64,000 nucleotides of DNA from Escherichia coli 042 (GTDB lineage Bacteria > Pseudomonadota > Gammaproteobacteria > Enterobacterales > Enterobacteriaceae): assembly GCF_000027125.1 (NCBI RefSeq), contig NC_017626.1. One strand, 5' to 3'. Position 1 is the stretch's first letter; each line of letters starts with the position of its first letter. The position numbers and the translations under genes were made by a program. Positions 53,115 through 64,000 of the stretch are shown here, piece by piece. The notes beneath the pieces are model-generated. The model was not told the origin of the DNA. It ran no database searches and saw nothing but the letters and a program-made list of their open reading frames with translations.

Positions 53115-54794
53115 GTGATGAAATTATTTAAATCAATTTTACTGATTGCCGCCTGTCACGCGGCGCAGGCCAGCGCGGCCATTGATATTAACGCTGACCC
53201 AAACCTTACAGGAGCCGCGCCGCTTACCGGTATTCTGAACGGGCAACAGTCGGATACGCAAAACATGAGCGGCTTCGACAATACCCCGCCGCCCGCACCG
53301 CCGGTGGTAATGAGCCGTATGTTTGGTGCTCAACTTTTCAACGGCACCAGCGCGGATAGCGGTGCGACGGTAGGATTCAACCCTGACTATATTCTGAATC
53401 CGGGTGATAGCATTCAGGTTCGCTTGTGGGGTGCGTTCACCTTTGATGGTGCATTACAGATTGATCCCAAAGGTAATATTTTTCTGCCAAACGTTGGTCC
53501 GGTGAAAGTTGCCGGGGTTAGCAATAGTCAGTTGAACACTCTGGTTACATCAAAAGTGAAGGAAGTGTACCAGTCCAACGTCAACGTCTACGCCTCCTTA
53601 TTACAGGCGCAGCCAGTAAAAGTGTACGTGACCGGATTTGTGCGTAATCCTGGTCTGTATGGCGGTGTGACGTCTGATTCGTTACTCAATTATCTGATCA
53701 AGGCTGGCGGCGTTGATCCAGAGCGCGGAAGTTACGTTGATATTGTGGTCAAGCGCGGTAACCGCGTGCGCTCCAACGTCAACCTGTACGACTTCCTGCT
53801 GAACGGCAAACTGGGGCTTTCGCAGTTCGCCGATGGTGACACCATCATCGTCGGGCCGCGTCAGCATACTTTCAGCGTTCAGGGCGATGTCTTTAACAGC
53901 TACGACTTTGAGTTCCGCGAAAGCAGCATTCCCGTAACGGAAGCGTTGAGCTGGGCGCGCCCTAAGCCTGGCGCGACTCACATTACGATTATGCGTAAAC
54001 AGGGGCTGCAAAAACGCAGCGAATACTATCCGATCAGTTCTGCGCCAGGCCGTATGTTGCAAAATGGCGATACCTTAATCGTGAGCACTGACCGCTATGC
54101 CGGCACCATTCAGGTGCGGGTTGAAGGCGCACACTCCGGTGAACATGCCATGGTACTGCCTTATGGTTCCACTATGCGTGCGGTTCTGGAAAAAGTCCGT
54201 CCGAACAGCATGTCGCAGATGAACGCGGTTCAGCTTTATCGCCCATCAGTGGCTCAGCGTCAGAAAGAGATGCTGAATCTCTCGCTGCAAAAGCTGGAGG
54301 AAGCATCACTTTCTGCCCAGTCATCCACCAAAGAAGAAGCCAGCCTGCGAATGCAGGAAGCACAACTGATCAGCCGCTTTGTGGCGAAAGCACGCACCGT
54401 GGTTCCGAAAGGTGAAGTGATCCTCAACGAATCCAATATTGATTCTGTTCTGCTTGAAGATGGCGACGTCATCAATATTCCGGAGAAAACATCGCTGGTT
54501 ATGGTTCATGGCGAAGTGCTGTTCCCGAACGCGGTGAGCTGGCAGAAGGGTATGACCACCGAGGATTACATCGAGAAATGTGGTGGCCTGACGCAAAAAT
54601 CGGGTAACGCCAGAATTATCGTCATTCGTCAGAACGGTGCAGCCGTCAACGCAGAAGATGTGGATTCACTCAAACCGGGCGATGAGATTATGGTTCTGCC
54701 GAAATATGAATCGAAAAATATTGAAGTTACCCGTGGTATTTCCACCATCCTCTATCAGCTGGCGGTGGGTGCAAAAGTGATTCTGTCTTTGTAA
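53115..54794 (+). CDS. kpsD: Capsule polysaccharide export outer-membrane/periplasmic protein (OPX family)
   Basis: 559-aa ORF with N-terminal signal peptide; synteny kpsE-kpsD-kpsU. Confidence 0.9.
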   Translation: MMKLFKSILLIAACHAAQASAAIDINADPNLTGAAPLTGILNGQQSDTQNMSGFDNTPPPAPPVVMSRMFGAQLFNGTSADSGATVGFNPDYILNPGDSIQVRLWGAFTFDGALQIDPKGNIFLPNVGPVKVAGVSNSQLNTLVTSKVKEVYQSNVNVYASLLQAQPVKVYVTGFVRNPGLYGGVTSDSLLNYLIKAGGVDPERGSYVDIVVKRGNRVRSNVNLYDFLLNGKLGLSQFADGDTIIVGPRQHTFSVQGDVFNSYDFEFRESSIPVTEALSWARPKPGATHITIMRKQGLQKRSEYYPISSAPGRMLQNGDTLIVSTDRYAGTIQVRVEGAHSGEHAMVLPYGSTMRAVLEKVRPNSMSQMNAVQLYRPSVAQRQKEMLNLSLQKLEEASLSAQSSTKEEASLRMQEAQLISRFVAKARTVVPKGEVILNESNIDSVLLEDGDVINIPEKTSLVMVHGEVLFPNAVSWQKGMTTEDYIEKCGGLTQKSGNARIIVIRQNGAAVNAEDVDSLKPGDEIMVLPKYESKNIEVTRGISTILYQLAVGAKVILSL

Positions 54795-54803
54795 GGAGTT
54801 GAG

Positions 54804-55544
54804 ATGAGCAAAGCAGTTATTGTCATTCCGGCTCGCTATGGCTCCTCGCGCCTGCCGGGTAAGCCACTGCTCGATATTGTTGGTAAACCGATGATCCAGC
54901 ATGTTTACGAGCGTGCGTTACAGGTGGCGGGCGTCGCAGAAGTTTGGGTGGCAACAGACGATCAGCGTGTTGAAAAGGCCGTGCAGGCATTTGGCGGGAA
55001 AGCCATCATGACGCGCAACGATCATGAATCCGGCACCGATCGGCTGGTCGAGGTGATGCATAAAGTCGAGGCAGATATCTACATTAACCTGCAGGGCGAC
55101 GAACCAATGATTCGCCCGCGGGATGTAGAAACGCTGCTACAAGGAATGCGTGATGATCCCGCGTTGCCAGTGGCAACGCTATGCCACGCGATTTCTGCCG
55201 AAGAAGCGACCGAGCCAAGCACGGTAAAAGTAGTGGTAAATACCCGCCAGGATGCGCTTTATTTCAGCCGTTCGCCGATTCCGTATCCGCGTAATGCTGA
55301 AAAAGCGCGCTACCTGAAACACGTTGGTATTTACGCTTATCGTCGCGATGTGCTGCAAAACTACAGTCAGTTACCAAGGACGGCATTAAGTCAAATCGAG
55401 GAACTGGAGCAGCTACGGTTAATGAACGCGGGGATCAACATTCGCACATTTGAGGTTGCCGCAACCGGTCCGGGCGTCGACACCCCGGCATGCCTTGAAA
55501 AGGTGCGTGCCCTGATGGCGCAAGAACTGGCTGAAAACGCATGA
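54804..55544 (+). CDS. kpsU: CMP-Kdo synthetase (3-deoxy-manno-octulosonate cytidylyltransferase), capsule-specific
   Basis: 246-aa ORF with KdsB-like N-terminus ([19 protein letters not shown]). Confidence 0.9.
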   Translation: MSKAVIVIPARYGSSRLPGKPLLDIVGKPMIQHVYERALQVAGVAEVWVATDDQRVEKAVQAFGGKAIMTRNDHESGTDRLVEVMHKVEADIYINLQGDEPMIRPRDVETLLQGMRDDPALPVATLCHAISAEEATEPSTVKVVVNTRQDALYFSRSPIPYPRNAEKARYLKHVGIYAYRRDVLQNYSQLPRTALSQIEELEQLRLMNAGINIRTFEVAATGPGVDTPACLEKVRALMAQELAENA

Positions 55545-57568
55545 TTGGCATTTACTCGCCTGGCATCTGGCGTATTCCGCATCTGGAGAAATTTCTGGCA
55601 CAACCGTGCCAGAAACTTTCTCTGCTGCGTCCTGTTCCGCAAAACGTCGATGCTATCGCCGTGTGGGGACATCGTCCCAGCGCGGCGAAACCAGTCGCCA
55701 TCGCCAAAGCAGCGGGAAAACCCGTCATTCGTCTGGAAGATGGATTTGTGCGTTCGCTGGATCTTGGCGTCAATGGCGAGCCGCCGCTTTCTCTGGTGGT
55801 GGATGATTGTGGCATTTACTACGATGCCAGCAAGCCTTCAGCACTGGAGAAACTGGTACAGGATAAAGCCGGAAATACAGCTCTGATAAGCCAGGCCAGA
55901 GAAGCGATGCACACCATCGTGACCGGGGATTTGTCGAAATATAACCTGGCACCTGCGTTTGTGGCTGATGAGTCAGAACGTTCAGACATCGTTCTGGTTG
56001 TCGATCAGACATTTAATGATATGTCAGTGACGTATGGCAATGCTGGCCCGCATGAGTTTGCTGCCATGCTGGAAGCCGCGATGGCGGAAAATCCTCAAGC
56101 CGAAATTTGGGTGAAGGTGCACCCAGATGTACTGGAAGGAAAGAAAACAGGTTATTTCGCCGATCTGCGCGCCACGCAACGAGTACGTTTAATTGCCGAG
56201 AATGTCAGCCCGCAGTCGCTGTTGCGACACGTTTCCCGGGTTTACGTCGTGACCTCCCAGTACGGCTTTGAAGCCTTGCTGGCAGGAAAACCGGTGACAT
56301 GCTTCGGCCAGCCCTGGTATGCAGGCTGGGGCTTAACCGACGATCGCCATCCGCAGTCCGCTTTGTTATCTGCCCGACGCGGTTCTGCCACGCTGGAGGA
56401 ACTTTTTGCCGCTGCATACCTGCGTTACTGTCGCTATATCGATCCGCAAACGGGAGAAGTAAGCGATCTATTTACCGTGCTGCAATGGCTGCAATTACAA
56501 CGTCGACATCTGCAACAGCGTAATGGTTATTTATGGGCGCCAGGCTTAACGCTGTGGAAGTCGGCAATCCTGAAACCTTTCTTGCGTACCGCAACAAACA
56601 GACTGAGTTATTCACGCCGTTGTACTGCGGCGACGGCTTGCGTGGTATGGGGTGTAAAGGGAGAACAGCAATGGCGAGCCGAAGCGCAACAAAAATCACT
56701 GCCGTTATGGCGAATGGAAGATGGTTTTCTGCGTTCATCCGGACTTGGCTCTGACCTGCTGCCGCCGCTATCGTTGGTACTGGATAAACGCGGGATCTAC
56801 TATGACGCCACGCGCCCCAGCGACCTGGAAGTCCTGCTTAATCACAGCCAGTTAACGCTGGCGCAGCAGATGCGAGCTGAAAAATTACGCCAGCGACTGG
56901 TTGAAAGCAAACTGAGCAAATACAACCTAGGGGCCGATTTTTCTCTGCCTGCCGAGGCCAAAGATAAAAAAGTTATCCTGGTGCCGGGTCAGGTAGAAGA
57001 CGATGCCTCGATTAAAACCGGCACAGTCTCGATTAAGAGCAACCTTGAGTTATTACGCACAGTACGCGAGCGTAATCCGCACGCTTACATTATTTATAAA
57101 CCGCACCCGGATGTACTGGTGGGGAATCGCAAGGGCGATATTTCGGCAGAATTGACTGCTGAACTTGCTGACTATCAGGCACTGGACGCAGATATTATTC
57201 AATGCATTCAGCGCGCAGATGAAGTGCACACCATGACATCATTGTCCGGGTTTGAAGCGTTATTACATGGCAAGCAAGTTCATTGTTACGGCCTGCCCTT
57301 CTATGCCGGTTGGGGTTTAACCGTCGATGAACATCACTGCCCGCGCCGCGAACAAAAATTAACGTTAGCAGATTTGATCTATCAGGCGTTGATTGTTTAT
57401 CCAACCTATATCCACCCAACACGGCTACAACCTATTACGGTTGAAGAGGCGGCGGAATATTTGATCCAGACGCCGCGCAAGCCGATGTTTATTACCCGAA
57501 AAAAAGCGGGGCGAGTAATACGCTATTACCGCAAATTAATTATGTTCTGCAAGGTCAGATTTGGCTAA
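55541..57568 (+). CDS. kpsC: Capsule Kdo-linker transferase
   Basis: 675-aa ORF with internal duplication (two similar halves, each with a YAGWGLT motif); start overlaps the kpsU stop. Confidence 0.9.
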   Translation: MIGIYSPGIWRIPHLEKFLAQPCQKLSLLRPVPQNVDAIAVWGHRPSAAKPVAIAKAAGKPVIRLEDGFVRSLDLGVNGEPPLSLVVDDCGIYYDASKPSALEKLVQDKAGNTALISQAREAMHTIVTGDLSKYNLAPAFVADESERSDIVLVVDQTFNDMSVTYGNAGPHEFAAMLEAAMAENPQAEIWVKVHPDVLEGKKTGYFADLRATQRVRLIAENVSPQSLLRHVSRVYVVTSQYGFEALLAGKPVTCFGQPWYAGWGLTDDRHPQSALLSARRGSATLEELFAAAYLRYCRYIDPQTGEVSDLFTVLQWLQLQRRHLQQRNGYLWAPGLTLWKSAILKPFLRTATNRLSYSRRCTAATACVVWGVKGEQQWRAEAQQKSLPLWRMEDGFLRSSGLGSDLLPPLSLVLDKRGIYYDATRPSDLEVLLNHSQLTLAQQMRAEKLRQRLVESKLSKYNLGADFSLPAEAKDKKVILVPGQVEDDASIKTGTVSIKSNLELLRTVRERNPHAYIIYKPHPDVLVGNRKGDISAELTAELADYQALDADIIQCIQRADEVHTMTSLSGFEALLHGKQVHCYGLPFYAGWGLTVDEHHCPRREQKLTLADLIYQALIVYPTYIHPTRLQPITVEEAAEYLIQTPRKPMFITRKKAGRVIRYYRKLIMFCKVRFG

Positions 57569-57602
57569 ACAATTTCATAGTTGACTATTACGCAAATTAT
57601 TT

Positions 57603-58850
57603 ATGCAAGACAACGCACTAACCATTTTATTATCGGGTAAAAAATATCTGCTATTGCAGGGGCCAATGGGACCCTTTTTCAATGACGTCGCCGAATGGTT
57701 AGAGTCATTAGGCCGTAACGCTGTGAATGTTGTCTTCAACGGCGGGGATCGTTTTTACTGCCGCCATCGACAATACCTGGCTTACTACCAAACGCCGAAA
57801 GAGTTTCCCGGTTGGCTGCGAGATCTCCACCGACAATATGACTTTGATACCATCCTCTGCTTTGGTGACTGCCGCCCATTGCACAAAGAAGCAAAACGCT
57901 GGGCAAAGTCGAAAGGGATCCGCTTTCTGGCATTTGAAGAAGGATATTTACGCCCGCAATTTATAACCGTTGAAGAAGGCGGAGTGAACGCATATTCATC
58001 GCTACCGCGCGACCCGGATTTTTATCGTAAGTTGCCAGATATGCCTGCGCCGCACGTTGAGAACTTAAAACCTTCAACGATGAAACGTATAGGTCATGCG
58101 ATGTGGTATTACCTGATGGGTTGGCATTACCGTCATGAGTTCCCTCGCTACCGCCACCACAAATCATTTTCCCCGTGGTATGAAGCTCGTTGCTGGGTTC
58201 GTGCATACTGGCGCAAGCAACTTTACAAGGTAACACAGCGTAAGGTATTGCCGAGGTTAATGAATGAGCTGGATCAGCGTTATTATCTTGCCGTTTTGCA
58301 GGTGTATAACGATAGCCAGATTCGTAACCACAGCAATTATAACGATGTGCGTGACTATATTAATGAAGTCATGTACTCATTTTCGCGTAAAGCGCCAAAA
58401 GAAAGTTATTTGGTGATCAAACATCATCCGATGGATCGTGGTCACAGACTCTATCGACCATTAATTAAGCGGTTGAGTAAGGAATATGGCTTAGGTGAGC
58501 GCGTCATTTATGTGCACGATCTCCCGATGCCGGAATTATTACGCCACGCAAAAGCGGTGGTGACGATTAACAGTACGGCGGGGATCTCTGCGTTGATTCA
58601 TAATAAACCACTTAAAGTGATGGGCAATGCCCTGTACGACATCAAAGGCTTAACGTATCAAGGGCATTTGCACCAGTTCTGGCAGGCCGATTTTAAACCG
58701 GATATGAAACTGTTTAAGAAGTTTCGGGGGTATTTATTGATGAAGACGCAGGTTAATGCGGTTTATTATGGGGGAGTAAGCATTGGAGAAAAAAATAGGT
58801 ATGAAAGTGATTACTCCTATTATTCAAAGAAACCGCATCATAATGACTAA
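57603..58850 (+). CDS. kpsS: Capsule Kdo transferase
   Basis: 415-aa ORF, last region 1 gene, convergent with region 2. Confidence 0.85.
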   Translation: MQDNALTILLSGKKYLLLQGPMGPFFNDVAEWLESLGRNAVNVVFNGGDRFYCRHRQYLAYYQTPKEFPGWLRDLHRQYDFDTILCFGDCRPLHKEAKRWAKSKGIRFLAFEEGYLRPQFITVEEGGVNAYSSLPRDPDFYRKLPDMPAPHVENLKPSTMKRIGHAMWYYLMGWHYRHEFPRYRHHKSFSPWYEARCWVRAYWRKQLYKVTQRKVLPRLMNELDQRYYLAVLQVYNDSQIRNHSNYNDVRDYINEVMYSFSRKAPKESYLVIKHHPMDRGHRLYRPLIKRLSKEYGLGERVIYVHDLPMPELLRHAKAVVTINSTAGISALIHNKPLKVMGNALYDIKGLTYQGHLHQFWQADFKPDMKLFKKFRGYLLMKTQVNAVYYGGVSIGEKNRYESDYSYYSKKPHHND

Positions 58851-58958
58851 TAATTAGATAATCTACTAATTTTAATCAAAAAAATAATTATGTAAAACTA
58901 ACTATATGGATTAATGTGTTCATTATCTTTAGTTGCTAAAAATTAGCAAGTTATATAT

Positions 58959-60551
58959 TTATTTACACCTATAATTTTCGGGTGATGACATTGCCCAGGT
59001 TACTCCAGAAGATATGATGTTTGCCGGTGCCCCGGATATAATCTGATTAGATGTAAAAAATTTATTTTCCACAATACAACCGGCAGACACATAACATTCA
59101 TCAGAAATATGTGTTCCTTTTAGCAACATCACACGTGACCCAATCCAAACCCTATCCCCTATATTTATAGGCTGGCCCGGATTTAATAAGTAGCCATTGC
59201 TATCAAGAAGGGAATGCTCGTCCTGACAACAAATCTTAACATCGCTACCTATAACGCAACCATCTCCTATTTTACAACAATTATCGCCATTCAAATAAAT
59301 ATCTAGCTGCTTATCAATAATGCATGAGTTTCCAATACATACTTTTCCACCGATATTATTATTCAATATTGATAAGTTATTATATTTTGAATTTCCTAAA
59401 TGAACATAACCTCCACTATTTAATAAAATTGTAGAATCCTTAAAAGTGGCTCCATCTTCAATTACCACCATATTATTAACACCACTGAATTTCAACATTA
59501 AACCAGAAACAGATTGATATGTACCATCTGATACATACTCTATTTTATTTCCATATATAATTGTATTCTTATTAACTTTAAAATCTTTATACTTATGAAA
59601 TAATGAATATAATTCTTTAATTTTAGATTCAGATTTTGAACATTGCAAAAGTTTAATATCACCTGTAGAAATCTTGTTTATTTTTTCAATCCCAATGGAA
59701 TCTTTCCCATAAATATCATATCCAGTTGCATGATCTATATATCGTTTTACGTACTCTTCAAAGTTTATAGACTCATTATAAAATGAATAACAATGATCGG
59801 TTTTGATAAAGTTAAGGTTCAAATGTTTTATTACACTAGGGTATAAGGGAACGTGAATATGATTTTTAGAAAAAGGATATATATCGATATTTCTTTTTTT
59901 ATTAATTCCCAAACAATCAAGAATGCTATTTGTTAACCATAAAAAATAATCGTTTGTTGGGTGATTTACTGTCACCGACATATAATTACTGTAAATAGCA
60001 TTTTTTAAATATGGTACTGAAGGTATATCAACTTTATTTAATTTTTCACGTTGGTTTAGATCATTAAATGTTTTTGTTAAATTGTCCGTTATTGTTTTTT
60101 CATCATAAAAGTCAGGATCAGAAACGATTTTTATAATGTTTTCTGTGCGAATATTTGCTAACAGCAAAGAATTTATATTTTTATCGCCGTATGGAAATAT
60201 TCCTGAAGGAGATATCGAGTATTTCCTATTTGGCCTAATTACAGGATTTTGTGAGTGCTGGGGGAAATAAGCAGAAAGCCAAAAATTAGGAATGGATATT
60301 CGAATGCAATCCGAACGTAACTTACTACAAATATGATCTGTGCAAAAAAAAGGATCAAAGGTTGACGATACATGTTGATATATAAAAAGATCAATTTTGG
60401 ATAATGTATCATCATCCAAATAAGACTTATCTTTTAGATACACATCTTTAACTTTAACTAGATTGAAATAATTTATAAAATCAGTTTGTTCAAGAAAATT
60501 TTGTAGATGTGTATGCTGGCAATTCCCATAAATCATACATAGTTTTTTCAT
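58959..60551 (-). CDS. Capsule region 2 protein with C-terminal hexapeptide-repeat (acyltransferase-like) domain
   Basis: 530-aa very AT-rich ORF; C-terminal ~180 aa show a left-handed beta-helix repeat pattern. Confidence 0.5.
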   Translation of the reverse strand: MKKLCMIYGNCQHTHLQNFLEQTDFINYFNLVKVKDVYLKDKSYLDDDTLSKIDLFIYQHVSSTFDPFFCTDHICSKLRSDCIRISIPNFWLSAYFPQHSQNPVIRPNRKYSISPSGIFPYGDKNINSLLLANIRTENIIKIVSDPDFYDEKTITDNLTKTFNDLNQREKLNKVDIPSVPYLKNAIYSNYMSVTVNHPTNDYFLWLTNSILDCLGINKKRNIDIYPFSKNHIHVPLYPSVIKHLNLNFIKTDHCYSFYNESINFEEYVKRYIDHATGYDIYGKDSIGIEKINKISTGDIKLLQCSKSESKIKELYSLFHKYKDFKVNKNTIIYGNKIEYVSDGTYQSVSGLMLKFSGVNNMVVIEDGATFKDSTILLNSGGYVHLGNSKYNNLSILNNNIGGKVCIGNSCIIDKQLDIYLNGDNCCKIGDGCVIGSDVKICCQDEHSLLDSNGYLLNPGQPINIGDRVWIGSRVMLLKGTHISDECYVSAGCIVENKFFTSNQIISGAPANIISSGVTWAMSSPENYRCK

Positions 60552-60779
60552 AATGCACTACCAAAACATATGACTTTAATATTAGCGAAGCATCGAATAT
60601 AATAAAAATTACTCAAGCCATTAAGAGTTGATATTAATTAATAACGATTGCATTTCGCTATGTAATTTATCTTATATTAATAGGAGGCATCGTTTATTGT
60701 AGATGCCTCCCATTAATGGGATTATATCACTTTATATTTCATGAAGGCTTTAGCATTTCATACAAAAACAACATTAGAA

Positions 60780-63700
60780 TTAATTTAGATATTTCACATA
60801 CATTTCACGCCCCTTATCCCAAATGATTTTTGTAATTTCACTTTTATAAAACTTGCGTTTGAAATATATAAAGGTATTCCTCTTCAAATTGGCTTCTTTT
60901 GGAACTGACTCCGGGACAGGACTAGGTTGCGTTTTGCTCTGTTCTTTATTTGGAATGATCTTTTTTACTGGTTTCGTAGCGGTAGTTGACTTCTTAAGTG
61001 GTGGATAAATTACAGGGAAATGTTTATCCTCATATAGAGGGTCGTCAGCGACATACTGATTTAATAACAATTGGTCTGTAGTATTACTGCAAAGATAAGA
61101 CAATGGGTAAACGAATGCATCCCGTGTTTGAGAGTTAATATACTCCCATTTGCCTTTAAATAAAGAAACGTAATCTTTACAGAACTCCTTCATATATACT
61201 TGTGATTTTAAAGTTAAAAGAGATGTTGCTGTAATTTCAGACGGAAAAATAATTGGTTTTACTGCTGATTCTGATTTCTCATAACCGTAACAGGTAGATG
61301 TTAAAGCATCTGATAATAGTAATTCATAAAATGATGGGAGAAATACTCGAAGCCCACGTCTAAAAGGATTAAATGTATCAACTAAGTAACTATTTATGTC
61401 ATTTACACATTTATGTTTCCTTTCACGGAACATAAATAAAGGTATATCAATCCCCATAAGATCAGCTAATATATCACGACTGGTTCCTCTTGCGCCCAAG
61501 TCGAATACAGCGAATTTTTTATTTTCGGTAATGCTAGTAATATATTCAATCAAATACTTATTTTTTTTATTTACTTCATTACTACATGAAGCAAAATCAT
61601 AGTATTTATGTATAAACTGTGAAATTTCATGTTTATTTTTACTACTGTCAGCAGACAAGTTCAGCTTCAACTCTTGCACTAACTTTTTAGCTATTCTATC
61701 ATTTGAAACGTCTATATCAAATACGTAATCTAAAAACTTTTTAACATTTAACTTTGAATTATAAAGAGACAGCAGCGTGCCTTTTAATGCTTTATTGTTA
61801 TATGCAGACAAGGTAGCTGTTCTGGATATATAAAAGTATACACTTTTAGGTAACTGATGATTATACAGTGTATCATTTATATAATTGTAAACATCAAAAA
61901 CGACTCTGGAATCTCTTGAAGAAAAAAGTATTTTCTCATAATTGCTATTTTTTGTATTTTGTATAAGCCAGTGAGTGAGACTTAAAACTAATGGTCCAAA
62001 AATATAATAACCAAGAAGCGCACTTGAATTATTGATAGAAGTTTTATGATCAAATGGAACGAATGGATTATCAAATAGCTTATTAGCGATCATTCCAAGA
62101 TAAAATGAAAAGTTTTCTTTATAGACAAAACCTAATACATCAGGCTTAAACAGATTAGTTTTTCTAAATTCATCTATTGCCTTAGGATAATGCTCTGCCA
62201 GTAATCCATTATCGGTAGCTCTCTGAACATCAGATTTTAAATTATCCCCGATGAATAGAGTTTTAGAAGCATCAAAACCTTCTTTCAATAATATAAGCTT
62301 GAATAAGGAACCATTATATTTTACTTTATTGTACTCACATGAGATATAAACTGGTATCTGATTAATTTCATATCCATTACTTATTAAAATATCTTTTAAT
62401 AAGTCTTCCGGTAAGTACATATCAGAAGCAACAAATAAATTTTTATGATGGATTTTAGCCAGTGTAAAATATTCTAACATTGTTTCTCTTGGAGTGAGTA
62501 ACTGGCGTTCCATTTCACATTCTATGTTTTTTATTTTACTTATTGTATCATCTGTAAATCCAGTACTTTCTTGTAATTTATTATATATCTCATCTAGCGT
62601 TACTTCTATTTTACCTTGTCTAGCCAAGCTTTCTGCATGAATTCTTGTTGTTGAAAAATTAAAACTCCTTAATTTTGTTACTTTATATATATCTTCTTCT
62701 ATTAGATTAAATAGATCTGTTGGCTTGACCAACGGACGGCATAACAAAGTATCAAAAATATCAAAACCAATATTTCTTATATTATCATTAATTAAATAAC
62801 CAAGTAATTTTTCAAATTTAGTTTGCTCATAGTTTATATGTACATTATTCTGTAAAAGAAGCTGCTGAGAAAGTCTCGCTTTATATCCACGCAATGTTCC
62901 CAATTGCGGAAGATACTTAATATATTCGTTATTTTCAATGTTTTTTATTATTTGTTTTAAATATAAGAAACTATTTTTTTCATTACGTAAAAAACGAGTG
63001 TTAACTTTATGTGTTAATACGTACTTAATTATTTTATTACTTATATCAATATAATCAGATGAAAGAGTTGCATTGGTTGATAAGTAATTATACACATGTT
63101 CAACAGTACCAATTGAAAATTTGCTATTAGGGCTATTTCCATAGCTAAAAATTGGCTTCCCTAAAAGCATGGCTGGCATAAATATATTTGAGTAAATATT
63201 TATAACAGCATCAACATGAGGAAGTACTCTTATAGAAATATCATTATCAATAGATGACACTTTATCGAGATTAATTATCCTTTCATTATTATCAATATAA
63301 TGATCGTTTTCTGTTCTATCTAACGAGTGTTTTGAATAAACTATTGCGCAATCATTTGGAATTTGTTCTAAAAGAAACTGTAAAAAAGCTGCATTAGATG
63401 AAAATCCAGAATATTTTTTAAATCGTAATGAAGGAAAATTTCCCGGATAGAATATCAAATATTTAAATTTACTGTCAGGATCGAGAGTTTTTCTATTTAT
63501 TTGTGTTTCAAATATAATGTTATCTTGATAATATTTTTTTAAATTTTGTATATCGATAACATCCTCTGGTACTATTTCAACTTTTTTTATAGCTTCAAAA
63601 AAGGCATCATCATATTTTTTGTCTTTTGTTGAAACATTAAATAACACATCGGGGTTGTTATTTTCCAATCGCCAGAAACCAGTATGAGAGCCCTCAAGCA

Positions 63701-63917
63701 AGACACTATCTTTAAAAACCTCTGCAAAAATTTCAGAACAAAATTCCCAGTAAATAACAATATCAGGATTTAAATTACCCAGCTTATTCCTAAAATAATC
63801 AACCAGATGTTCTTTTAGCTTTTTTGAAATGTCATTGCTAATAACCATCTCAACTGTCGAATCATAATAATCCAATATATTTCTTATTTCTGAGTCTGGT
63901 ATATTAATCACTGTCAC
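60780..63917 (-). CDS. Large capsule region 2 protein; putative polymer-synthesising transferase with HAD-like motif
   Basis: 1045-aa AT-rich ORF with DxDxT-like motif (FDIFDTLLCRP); function inferred only from position in kps region 2. Confidence 0.45.
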   Translation of the reverse strand: MTVINIPDSEIRNILDYYDSTVEMVISNDISKKLKEHLVDYFRNKLGNLNPDIVIYWEFCSEIFAEVFKDSVLLEGSHTGFWRLENNNPDVLFNVSTKDKKYDDAFFEAIKKVEIVPEDVIDIQNLKKYYQDNIIFETQINRKTLDPDSKFKYLIFYPGNFPSLRFKKYSGFSSNAAFLQFLLEQIPNDCAIVYSKHSLDRTENDHYIDNNERIINLDKVSSIDNDISIRVLPHVDAVINIYSNIFMPAMLLGKPIFSYGNSPNSKFSIGTVEHVYNYLSTNATLSSDYIDISNKIIKYVLTHKVNTRFLRNEKNSFLYLKQIIKNIENNEYIKYLPQLGTLRGYKARLSQQLLLQNNVHINYEQTKFEKLLGYLINDNIRNIGFDIFDTLLCRPLVKPTDLFNLIEEDIYKVTKLRSFNFSTTRIHAESLARQGKIEVTLDEIYNKLQESTGFTDDTISKIKNIECEMERQLLTPRETMLEYFTLAKIHHKNLFVASDMYLPEDLLKDILISNGYEINQIPVYISCEYNKVKYNGSLFKLILLKEGFDASKTLFIGDNLKSDVQRATDNGLLAEHYPKAIDEFRKTNLFKPDVLGFVYKENFSFYLGMIANKLFDNPFVPFDHKTSINNSSALLGYYIFGPLVLSLTHWLIQNTKNSNYEKILFSSRDSRVVFDVYNYINDTLYNHQLPKSVYFYISRTATLSAYNNKALKGTLLSLYNSKLNVKKFLDYVFDIDVSNDRIAKKLVQELKLNLSADSSKNKHEISQFIHKYYDFASCSNEVNKKNKYLIEYITSITENKKFAVFDLGARGTSRDILADLMGIDIPLFMFRERKHKCVNDINSYLVDTFNPFRRGLRVFLPSFYELLLSDALTSTCYGYEKSESAVKPIIFPSEITATSLLTLKSQVYMKEFCKDYVSLFKGKWEYINSQTRDAFVYPLSYLCSNTTDQLLLNQYVADDPLYEDKHFPVIYPPLKKSTTATKPVKKIIPNKEQSKTQPSPVPESVPKEANLKRNTFIYFKRKFYKSEITKIIWDKGREMYVKYLN

Positions 63918-64000
63918 ATTATTCTTTATTAAATTCTGTTTTATTTCTCTTTTTTCCAGAACGGAATCCAGGGCTAAATAGGTGACTTTTAGATCTTTTT

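Noticed and set aside
55545-57966. Multiple short ORFs nested in kpsC and kpsS on both strands
   Set aside because: Typical GC-rich frame noise inside well-supported kps genes.

Overview
This window reads as a mosaic Escherichia coli chromosomal island region that ends at the group 2 capsule (kps) locus. All calls are from reading the sequence and ORF track by eye plus recalled family knowledge; no searches were run. From left to right: (1) a tightly coupled three-gene operon (membrane-anchored large protein, P-loop ATPase, DExH helicase) whose architecture matches the Shango anti-phage system; (2) a minus-strand cassette carrying the ibrA/ibrB-like pair (PAPS-reductase-like PP-loop protein plus ParB-like protein) with a PerC-like gene and unknown genes, bracketed by 25-bp imperfect direct repeats; (3) a split ImpA_N/VasL-like gene and a single-gene NERD + SF1-helicase candidate; (4) an IS3-family remnant; (5) a ~12.8-kb siderophore-microcin island (microcins M, H47 and I47 with export, maturation and immunity genes) flanked by ~90-bp imperfect direct repeats; (6) AlpA and three YagK/YfjJ-like paralogs, a 1.4-kb AT-rich ORF-free stretch, a truncated IS481-like gene, and an IS600-like element with IS30 nested inside it (both with target-site duplications); (7) a CP4-57/CP4-44-like module (YfjP-type GTPase, DUF932, antirestriction, RadC-like, CbeA/CbtA toxin-antitoxin) ending at a partial tRNA-Phe 3' end; (8) kpsFEDUCS and two AT-rich capsule region 2 genes. 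The most interesting candidates for under-characterised biology are the ibrAB cassette, the Shango-like operon, the NERD-helicase and an orphan AT-rich 407-aa gene. No CRISPR array, rRNA or intact tRNA was seen.
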